This document shows positions 37,487 through 44,754 of a DNA stretch of 64,000 bases, piece by piece. A model generated the notes under the pieces. It did no database searches. It was not told the DNA's origin and saw nothing but the letters and a program-made list of their open reading frames with translations. Numbering within the stretch: position 1 is the first letter of the stretch; every line of letters starts with the position of its first letter. A program made the translations under genes and the position numbers. The stretch covers positions 1-64,000 of the IMG/VR virus record IMGVR_UViG_3300047548_001236; one strand, written 5' to 3'.

Positions 37487-37924
37487 TCATCTCTTTGGAA
37501 ACTGATCTAGGTTCAGATAGCTGACTTCGACCGTTTCATCTCCTCTTAGCTTTGCGGCCATCACAGCATGATGGCCATCGTCGATGTAGTGCTTTCCTTT
37601 ATGTGTCACAACTCTGATATGAGTCGGTTTTGTCTCACCGATCTTCATTCTCAGCGTTTCGACATTCTCCGTTCTGACGAACGGCTGTGTCGGAAGCAAC
37701 TCTTCAACACGCATGTTTGCCTTTGTAAACATACCTCTATAGACCGAACGCGTCAGTTTTGCTTCTACACGCATTTCACGAACAGCAACGGACTCAACCT
37801 TACGAGAGTCAAATGCTGTCAGCGGAATGTGCATGCCTTTGACAACCTTTTCCCATTTACCAAAACGAGAACGTTTGCCATAACGGCGTGCTACACGAAT
37901 AGCTAGCTGAACGGGGTCTACCAT
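37487..37924 (-). CDS. ParB/Srx-like domain protein
   Basis: LLPTQ...YIDDGHHAVMAA. Confidence 0.7.
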   Translation of the reverse strand: MVDPVQLAIRVARRYGKRSRFGKWEKVVKGMHIPLTAFDSRKVESVAVREMRVEAKLTRSVYRGMFTKANMRVEELLPTQPFVRTENVETLRMKIGETKPTHIRVVTHKGKHYIDDGHHAVMAAKLRGDETVEVSYLNLDQFPKR

Positions 37925-37991
37925 AGCATTCTCCTTTGTTGTCCATATAGACGTGGCACAGTGAAAATGCAACGGTGTAAGAGGCCAATAT

Positions 37992-38068
37992 TGGTTGCGG
38001 GGGTAGGATTTGAACCTACGACCTCCTGGTTATGAGCCAGGCGAGCTACCAGACTGCTCTACCCCGCA
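37992..38068 (-). tRNA. Initiator-type tRNA-fMet(CAU)
   Basis: GCGGGGTAGAGCAGTCTGGTAGCTCG; ...CCCCGCAACCA. Confidence 0.9.
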
Positions 38069-38117
38069 AAAAATTCAGGTTACAGTTTGCTTTTATTAGC
38101 CCCGTAACACGGCTATT

Positions 38118-38205
38118 TGGCGGAGCGTCTGGGAGTTGAACCCAGTGGACCCTTACAGGTCCTACAGATTAGCAATCTGCTGCATTACCGTCCTGCCCAC
38201 GCTCC
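38118..38205 (-). tRNA. tRNA-Ser(GCU)
   Basis: Class II, loop TTGCTAA. Confidence 0.9.
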
Positions 38206-38215
38206 ATTATATAAT

Positions 38216-38291
38216 TGGTAGCCGAGGAGGGATTCGAACCCCCGACATTTTCGGTGTAAACGAAACGCTACTACCACTGAGCTACTCGGCT
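38216..38291 (-). tRNA. tRNA-Val(UAC)
   Basis: Loop TTTACAC. Confidence 0.9.
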
Positions 38292-38298
38292 ATATTCT

Positions 38299-38429
38299 CT
38301 GGATCAACTTTTTGCTACGCGTTCTATCTACTAAACTAACCCCTGTCAGTAATATGGTCAGGGGTGTAGGATTTGCACCTACGTCTCGATCTCCCAAAGA
38401 TATGCTAATTAGTTGCTGTAATGATCCAT
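38299..38429 (-). tRNA. Circularly permuted tRNA-Pro(UGG) in cassette 11
   Basis: 3' half 38355-38401, 5' half 38318-38345; stem CG|ATC/GATCG, loop TTTGGGA, C1-G72, A73. Confidence 0.87.
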
Positions 38430-38436
38430 CAGAATG

Positions 38437-38703
38437 TTATTTCTTCTTAGACTTCATCTTCTCTTCGTACCTAAACTTACCACTTCTGATGAACCAAGTC
38501 AAGTCTTTTGGCGTCACTTGTAAAGACATAGGGACATCAAAGTCACAATCTCCTGCATGGAAACCACACGAACAGTAGCTACCAGCTCGAATAGAACCGA
38601 CTTCATCGTTCTTCCAAGCTCCAACGTGCCGAATCTTAGTGTGTGTCTTTCCGATGGAATACTCATAGGTCTTTCCATCAACTTCAATCTTACGGTACGA
38701 CAT
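38437..38703 (-). CDS. Hypothetical protein
   Basis: AAGGAG SD, MSYRKIEVDG. Confidence 0.65.
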   Translation of the reverse strand: MSYRKIEVDGKTYEYSIGKTHTKIRHVGAWKNDEVGSIRAGSYCSCGFHAGDCDFDVPMSLQVTPKDLTWFIRSGKFRYEEKMKSKKK

Positions 38704-38749
38704 GTATATCTCCTTTACAGGGTGGCTTGGCAACATTGCCAATTGAATT

Positions 38750-38824
38750 TGGAGCGGGAGATGGGATTCGAACCCACGACATTTTCCTTGGCAAGGAAAC
38801 ACTCTACCCCTGAGTTACACCCGC
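38750..38824 (-). tRNA. tRNA-Gly(GCC)
   Basis: Canonical. Confidence 0.92.
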
Positions 38825-38924
38825 ATTTATATGCACATCCCCTACCTGCGATTGCACATCGACCAGTCTCAAACAAAAGGTCCTACCGACGTATCCTATC
38901 GCGCGAACTCGATACGTTTCTCAA

Positions 38925-39018
38925 TGGAGCCCTGAATAGGATTCGAACCTACATTTGCCTTTTACAGCTCATTCCAGTTACCTTTCTCGACGTTCGTAGC
39001 GTCGGGGGATACCAGGGC
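38925..39018 (-). ncRNA. D-armless tRNA-like RNA with ACG anticodon arm and long variable region
   Basis: GCCCTGG-TATCCCC-CGACG(CTACGAA)CGTCG...T arm-CCA. Confidence 0.65.
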
Positions 39019-39068
39019 ATGTTATTTCAGCCGGAAATTCTTTAGTCGGACGCCGGATCGCCTCTGTT

Positions 39069-39422
39069 TGGTGGACTGTATCGGATTTGAACCGACATTG
39101 TAAGGTTATCTGACACCAGATGGTCGTTACCGACATGGATTTACACAGGCCCCACGGTTACCGTTGTTTACTAGTCAACAGCCCATTGGTGCCTAAGTCG
39201 TACATGCTAAAGTCAGCAAGACGAACATAGGACTTTATCTTGGTGGATCTGACGGGACTCGAACCCGCGTAACTCTGCCTTGTGTACCCCTAACGAATTA
39301 AGGTGGCAGTGTGATTCCTCACGTACACTAACAGACCCATAATTTGGTGGAACAGGGAAGTCGTGTAGTCGCTCCCAGGCGGCCCATATTGGCCCCGCAG
39401 TTATACACTCTGCGCATGCCCC
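39069..39422 (-). ncRNA. Three tRNA-like RNAs with G3.U70 Ala-type acceptors and aberrant bodies
   Basis: 39069-39184, 39241-39338, 39345-39422; each GGG.../...TCC-A-CCA. Confidence 0.65.
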
Positions 39423-39433
39423 ATAGTTAACTT

Positions 39434-39509
39434 TGGTGGAGCCTATCGGGATCGAACCGATGACCTTCTGAGTGCAAGTCAGACGCTCTCCCAACTGAGC
39501 TAAGGCCCC
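39434..39509 (-). tRNA. tRNA-Ala(UGC)
   Basis: Canonical. Confidence 0.95.
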
Positions 39510-39618
39510 AAATAGTATAAACAGGTTCGACCGCGGCACTCCATCGAAGCTCCCCTACTGCCTAAATCCGCGGTACTTCAAACGGCATGTTCAGGGCTCA
39601 GTTTCGCCTGTTTATTAT

Positions 39619-39699
39619 TGGTGGAGCCACCGAGGGTACGATCCCGGCTGATTTCCGCATTGCAAGTGCGGTGACCACCCCATAGCAGTCCCTGGCCCC
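39619..39699 (-). tRNA. tRNA-Ala(UGC), atypical
   Basis: Loop CTTGCAA; variant D/T arms. Confidence 0.7.
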
Positions 39700-39938
39700 G
39701 AATTCATTGGGTATTTCTGTTTTTAACGTGGCGCACACCCTACGTCCACATCATACTGGTTCTCACGTATCGAACCGAATGTCGTCTAGCATTACGACCC
39801 CTGCTTTGCTTGTTGCAGCGCCTAGGTAGCTAAATCAAACGAGTATAGACAGGGCTGTTTGCAGCTTTGACCATGAAGGAGACTATGCTCAGCGACATGG
39901 GACACCCTCACAAGGGGTGATTACATCACTATCTATTC

Positions 39939-40012
39939 TGGCGACCCATAGGGGAATCGAACCCCTAACCTCGGATAGACAATCCGGTATGATACCACTT
40001 CATCAATGGGCC
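39939..40012 (-). tRNA. tRNA-Asp(GUC)
   Basis: Loop TTGTCTA; G73. Confidence 0.88.
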
Positions 40013-40019
40013 ATTTATT

Positions 40020-40095
40020 TGGCTCCCAGTGCAGGGCTCGAACCTGCGACCCGATGATTAACAGTCATCTGCTCTACCAACTGAGCTAACTGGGA
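40020..40095 (-). tRNA. tRNA-Asn(GUU)
   Basis: Canonical. Confidence 0.93.
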
Positions 40096-40392
40096 ACATT
40101 CTGCCCGTGCTGTCCACGCGAATCGGACTTAACCTTATGCGCTTTCTACTCTGCCGGCGGGCTTCGGCTAGCTGTATTCTAGTTGTAGCTGGTTTGACAG
40201 GGTTCAGGAGGCTTTACGGTGGCACCATCTCCGGACTTTATTTAACCACGTCCGCCGTTAGTCAAACTAGTTAGAACAAGAACGAGCCTTTTCAAGACAT
40301 GCTCAGGTCAATACTCGTTACTGTACTATTCTATTTATAGGGCAATCAAGTCTTATGGTTTCATCAACCCGCTTGATCTTTGTTTGATTCTT

Positions 40393-40623
40393 TTACGCTA
40401 CTTGCGTTTCCGTGTCAACCACTTTTTTACGCTTTTGCTTCTTTTGTTTTTCCAGAAGCCGTTTGGCTTGCAGCCGATCTTGTGCTTCCTGATCTTCTTT
40501 TTGTGAGTGTGCCGTTCTCGCGAACTTTGCTACTTGGCGTCGAAGTCGTGCTGCGATGGATCGCTTCCAACGTTCAGCTCGCGAAGGTTTTTCGATGTGG
40601 ATATCTACTTCTTCATCAGTCAT
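40393..40623 (-). CDS. Basic hypothetical protein
   Basis: GGAG SD before MTDEEVD. Confidence 0.5.
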   Translation of the reverse strand: MTDEEVDIHIEKPSRAERWKRSIAARLRRQVAKFARTAHSQKEDQEAQDRLQAKRLLEKQKKQKRKKVVDTETQVA

Positions 40624-40651
40624 GGCATTCACTCCATTATCGTTGTTGTTA

Positions 40652-40742
40652 TGGCGGAGCCGCAGGGATTCGAACCCTGGGGACGAAAAAGACGCCCACT
40701 GCCTTTCCAAGGCAGCGCGATAGACCACTCTGCCACAGCTCC
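40652..40742 (-). tRNA. tRNA-Ser(GGA)
   Basis: Class II. Confidence 0.92.
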
Positions 40743-40752
40743 ATAGTAATAA

Positions 40753-40842
40753 TGGCGGAAGCGGTGGGATTCGAACCCACGGAACGATTTCTCGTTCGCT
40801 AGTTTTCAAGACTAGAATCTTAAACCACTCGATCACGCTTCC
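40753..40842 (-). tRNA. tRNA-Ser(UGA)
   Basis: Class II. Confidence 0.92.
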
Positions 40843-40845
40843 ATA

Positions 40846-40994
40846 TGTGTTCGGCTCTACTAGCGGACGCAACTAGCGATTTAACTACAGTTTTGTAAAG
40901 CGTCTCTCTGTAGTACCATAATAGTCATTGGCTCTGGCCCGGAATGCGTGGGCGACTTAGCAGAGAGAATCTATACCTTCCCCTCTCTGTACCA
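40846..40994 (-). repeat. Three-way-junction leader motif, tandem copies 2 and 3
   Basis: 40846-40918 and 40928-40994. Confidence 0.7.
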
Positions 40995-41003
40995 GAAAAT
41001 TAT

Positions 41004-41621
41004 CTAAGGTGTGTAATTACGACACTCTGATAATGACTGTATGAATACAATATTTTTGTAGGTATTCATCAGAATATGAACTTTCTCTGTCTGCGCTTTG
41101 AAAGCAGCGGGATTTTTAGGGTCGAGATACACGTCATATTTTGGCAGATAAAAATCAGGAAAATAATTGTGAGTCACTCCTGCTGTATCTATCCAAGGTA
41201 TAGGGTCTGGCCTAACCCATTCGATATTCAGTTCATCGAGCCTTTGAGCAAGTGCTAGTTCCCACGATGAGTCTAACATAACACCCTTATATTCGACAAC
41301 CCCTTTTCGCAGTCTTCTGTGCTTTGATGCGAGAGCTTTTACTCTGGTTTTTTGTTTCGATTCATCTGTATGTTTTCTACCGAGAAATGTTCTATGATCG
41401 ACGTGATCATACACACCGTTTTTATGGTGTTCAGACACTTTTTCAGCAGCTCTTTTTCTACCCTCTATGGTTTTAGCATTTCTTGCTTTTTCCATATTAT
41501 TAACGTAGGCGTTTCTTTTAGGATTTGAGTCACACCATCTACTGTGATTAGCCATCCAACCTTTTGGTTTATCGTCTAGATCATATGTTGTGTTGCAGTG
41601 TTTGCAAGACCCTTGCTTCAT
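41004..41621 (-). CDS. Putative PD-(D/E)XK homing endonuclease with NUMOD3
   Basis: GRKHTDESKQK; DSSWE...YFPDFYLP...YLDPK; late promoter upstream. Confidence 0.75.
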   Translation of the reverse strand: MKQGSCKHCNTTYDLDDKPKGWMANHSRWCDSNPKRNAYVNNMEKARNAKTIEGRKRAAEKVSEHHKNGVYDHVDHRTFLGRKHTDESKQKTRVKALASKHRRLRKGVVEYKGVMLDSSWELALAQRLDELNIEWVRPDPIPWIDTAGVTHNYFPDFYLPKYDVYLDPKNPAAFKAQTEKVHILMNTYKNIVFIQSLSECRNYTP

Positions 41622-41674
41622 TATAGCCTCCTTTTGAGACTATTTATAAAACGAAGGCTCTCGTTCTATCCAAA

Positions 41675-41800
41675 TGGCGACCCCGGTAGGACTCGAACCT
41701 ACAACCTACTGATTAGATCGTGCCTTAGAAGATTCGCACTTCACTGGGCTTCCATACCCTCAGGCCAAGTCAGTTGCTCTATCCATTGAGCTACGGAGTC
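41675..41800 (-). tRNA. tRNA-Arg(UCU) interrupted by a 50-nt insert in the anticodon
   Basis: Removing 41717-41766 restores a 76-nt cloverleaf with loop CTTCTAA. Confidence 0.85.
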
Positions 41801-41804
41801 GCTA

Positions 41805-41868
41805 TGTGTTTGGCTCTACCTCTAGGAACAAAGGCGACTTAGCTGCTTTAACCGCCAAGCAGTACCGA
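41805..41868 (-). repeat. Three-way-junction leader motif, copy 4
   Basis: GGTA-CTGCTT..AAGCAG-CTAAGTC-GCCT..AGGT-AGAGCCAAACACA. Confidence 0.7.
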
Positions 41869-41874
41869 TATATA

Positions 41875-41951
41875 TGGTAGGGGATACCGGACTTGAACCG
41901 ATAACCTGCGGATTATGAGTCCGACGCTCTAACCAATTGAGCTAATCCCCC
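41875..41951 (-). tRNA. tRNA(CAU), Ile2 or Met
   Basis: Loop CTCATAA. Confidence 0.9.
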
Positions 41952-42112
41952 ACTCTGTTTAGAATGATACACAATGCCATGATGTTCTCTGCTGTGTTTC
42001 AAGCAACACTTTCATGTCTACTCCAGATGGCGCACGCTATGTGTATCAATCAAAACAGAATTGATACTTACACTATTTAAGTGATATCGTCAACTATTAT
42101 TCTACTTTCAAC

Positions 42113-42211
42113 TGTGCGTGGGAGGAATCGAACCTCTGCCTGGCATCTTGCTGCCTACCCCGTATCCCTACGTCTCGGTCTTCCTGTGCTCCCACTACAC
42201 CATCACGCACA
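42113..42211 (-). ncRNA. tRNA-like RNA with D and T arms, expanded anticodon region, no CCA
   Basis: GTGCGTG/CACGCAC stem extended by a long flanking helix. Confidence 0.55.
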
Positions 42212-42463
42212 TGTAAAAGTAGAATTCTGTTTTCAGCTGCACTTTACAACGGAGCGACCGTTTTAACCTAGCCGTATCGAACGGCGACTCCCTTGCGCAA
42301 AGGTGAGCTCATTCCCCGATCGGAGATAAAGTACATGTGAAAACAGAATTTTCAGTGTTCCAAAGGAACACCTCCAACAAAGGAACTCACGGACACATTC
42401 GTCAGTTTGTTCTTCTGTCTCAGTTTCATGATCGGATTTCTCCTAGAAACATTCGTGCCAAAT

Positions 42464-42474
42464 TGTCAAAGAGC
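42464..42474 (-). promoter_or_regulatory. boxA antitermination element heading the tRNA operon
   Basis: GCTCTTTGACA downstream of a TTGACG...TAATCT promoter. Confidence 0.65.
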
Positions 42475-42531
42475 GTTTCGTTTGTGTCGTTAGATTAGCT
42501 TAGCTTCTTCGTAACGTCAACCCGAAAATTA

Positions 42532-42680
42532 AGAAACCCAGGATTTTTGATCCTGGGTCACTTTGAAGTAGAGATGTCGGTTTATCTTTACGTCGAAGTG
42601 ACCCTAAACATAGGGAGTGCACGGGCTACGCCGCGTCCCTGATTTCTATCTAGTGAGGATATGGAAGGTGAAGAAGTCAT
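42532..42680 (-). promoter_or_regulatory. Candidate leader-peptide attenuator (30-aa ORF, antiterminator, terminator)
   Basis: ORF 42588-42680; GGGTCACTT/AAGTGACCC overlaps terminator ACCCAGGAT-CAAAA-ATCCTGGGT-TTCTT. Confidence 0.55.
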
Positions 42681-42756
42681 TGGTCTCTCTTGGTTTGTGT
42701 TAGAGGTATTTATACCTTTTTGCAGCTATGATCAACGGGATTTGCAACTTTTTTTG

Positions 42757-43164
42757 TTATTTTTCTTCGATTGATATGATTCGATGTGGTGGCACATTTT
42801 CAGTGTGTAGGGATATATCCGCGCCCGTCAAATCGCCTGGATGTTTGTTGAGCAAGTCTTCGTGTGGATTGTCGGGATCGTATGCCATATCTGGTGTGAT
42901 GTGATGGGGGTGATTATCGTGTGGAGGTATTCTAAACTTGACGATGGTCTTTTTAACACTCGTGACAAAATTTGATGGCTGTCCTATAGTAGCAAAGATT
43001 CCATAGTCTCCGTTTATACCATGTTTCCGAAACGAATCAGCTACATGTCCGGGCGATTCATGGTAGGCGATTATACCGTTGGGCCAATGCTTACGTATAC
43101 GATCGTGAAACTCTCGTTCGTAATGATCATTGTCTTCCGTGATAAATTGCTTGAACGTTTTCAT
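42757..43164 (-). CDS. Putative internal head protein, ART-like
   Basis: MKTFKQFITE resembles T4 CTS MKTYQEFIAE; AYHES...KHGI...GIFAT. Confidence 0.65.
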   Translation of the reverse strand: MKTFKQFITEDNDHYEREFHDRIRKHWPNGIIAYHESPGHVADSFRKHGINGDYGIFATIGQPSNFVTSVKKTIVKFRIPPHDNHPHHITPDMAYDPDNPHEDLLNKHPGDLTGADISLHTENVPPHRIISIEEK

Positions 43165-43645
43165 ATCAGTGGATCCCCTTTCGTTGTGTTATTTATTGGA
43201 AAGGGGATCTGAGCGTTTATTCTGGTTGAGTGAGCACGTCGATCATGCTTAACATCTTCTTCGTTGAATGCGTTACGTTCTGGCTAAAAGTCCCAGATCT
43301 GTCTTTTAGGACCTGGCATGTTTTACCATCTTCCATAAGGAAGAGAACAAATGCGGCATATTGCATCTTTTGAAGGTGCGATTCGCGACGCTCGAGAGCA
43401 AGAGCTTCTAACATATGATCATGTGTGCTGTAAATATAGAGGTTTGAAGGGTTTGCGATCACATACATTATGCGTCCTCGGTAATCTTCGTAAGATGTTC
43501 GCTCAGTTGTTCTGCCGTGAGAAGCTGACCGACAGCATTTCCAGGCCGGTCCTTACGGACAAGAAACTTATCGCCTTCCCAGTGACCTGCAAAGTGAGCG
43601 TGAAATAAACGCCAACCATGCGCTTCACGGAACTCACGGTCGCTC

Positions 43646-43885
43646 TTAGCAATCAGAATGTTCATCATATTCTCCTCTACAGATTCTAACAATGTGCTTT
43701 GGTGAGACGATCTTGCAGATCGCTTCGATCTCCTGAATTCGTCGTTTGGGGATGTCGTAATGTGGATACGGTGTGGAATGAAACCAACACCTATCAATCC
43801 CTAGCTGGTTAGCCATCAGATGGAGATTCTCCAGACTGTAAGGCAGGCACACCAGATGTCTCTTTCTGTCGCATACGAATACCAT
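43646..43885 (-). CDS. DUF4031-like protein
   Basis: HL...LENLH.MA..LGI.R.WF....HYDIP. Confidence 0.7.
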   Translation of the reverse strand: MVFVCDRKRHLVCLPYSLENLHLMANQLGIDRCWFHSTPYPHYDIPKRRIQEIEAICKIVSPKHIVRICRGEYDEHSDC

Positions 43886-44249
43886 CTTTGTACTCCTTCT
43901 TCAACAGCCATCTAGTATTTTTATCAACCATGAACCACTCCTTGTGTTTCGCCTGCTTCCAAGGAACAGTCGATGCGATCCACGAAGGCCCATCAAAGTA
44001 CATCGTCGGAAAACGATCTACGATCTCATTTACTACTTCTTTGATCATTGACCATTCAATGCACCTCACATACCACCGAAGCTGGATGTATCGCTGGCAA
44101 GCAACGTGCATGTGTTCGTAATAGAACTGCCGAGCTTGCTCGTTATCACTAGTGATATATTCATCACCAATATCGATTGGTTCGGACTTGAAGTTATAAC
44201 GCTCAACCCGCATCTGTGTGGGGCCTGCAATGATCTTATACTTCATCAC
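43809..44249 (-). CDS. Hypothetical protein
   Basis: ORF in operon. Confidence 0.55.
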   Translation of the reverse strand: MMKYKIIAGPTQMRVERYNFKSEPIDIGDEYITSDNEQARQFYYEHMHVACQRYIQLRWYVRCIEWSMIKEVVNEIVDRFPTMYFDGPSWIASTVPWKQAKHKEWFMVDKNTRWLLKKEYKDGIRMRQKETSGVPALQSGESPSDG

Positions 44250-44617
44250 AATTCCTTCGCAAACTTCTCAACGAGATGAACGCTCTTAGAAAACGCTTCC
44301 ACTTCCCACCACCGTTGCATATACGGAATGTCGTGGCAGTTATCCATCCAGTGGCCGAGGTTTTCTTTCATATACTGCTTGACATGAATCATCTCGTGAG
44401 CAATCGTCGTGAAGATCTCACCGATGTTACGTTTACCGGTTTTGACAAGAATCACAAATTCGGATTCTGTGACATCCATGCAGAGACCATAGACACCATC
44501 GAGATCGTCTTCTCCGTGAATTGAAATGCTATCAGGCTGAATCTGCAGTTCCTTGCAGAGCCACAAAACAAACTTCTGAACGAGCGTTGCGTTGGTGATT
44601 TCAGTTTTGAGAAGCAT
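44246..44617 (-). CDS. HExxH metallopeptidase-like protein
   Basis: TIAHEMIHVKQY...WWEVEA. Confidence 0.7.
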   Translation of the reverse strand: MLLKTEITNATLVQKFVLWLCKELQIQPDSISIHGEDDLDGVYGLCMDVTESEFVILVKTGKRNIGEIFTTIAHEMIHVKQYMKENLGHWMDNCHDIPYMQRWWEVEAFSKSVHLVEKFAKEL

Positions 44618-44754
44618 CTGATTTCCTCCTTGATGCTTCTCATATATTTGAAATAAATGCAGACGTCAACAGGCTTTTGAAACAAACTGGATTTCAAAAC
44701 AACCTTTAATATTTCATAGAGCGTATCTCTAGTATACGTCGGTTGACCAAAAAA

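Noticed and set aside
38075-38110. Possible twelfth CAGCAA cassette (GTTAC/GTAAC stem ending CCTGAA)
   Set aside because: Lacks the C(A/C)GCAA motif next to the stem
41717-41766. Group I or BHB intron interpretation of the tRNA-Arg insert
   Set aside because: Only 50 nt, with no group I core, no terminal G and no clear bulge-helix-bulge
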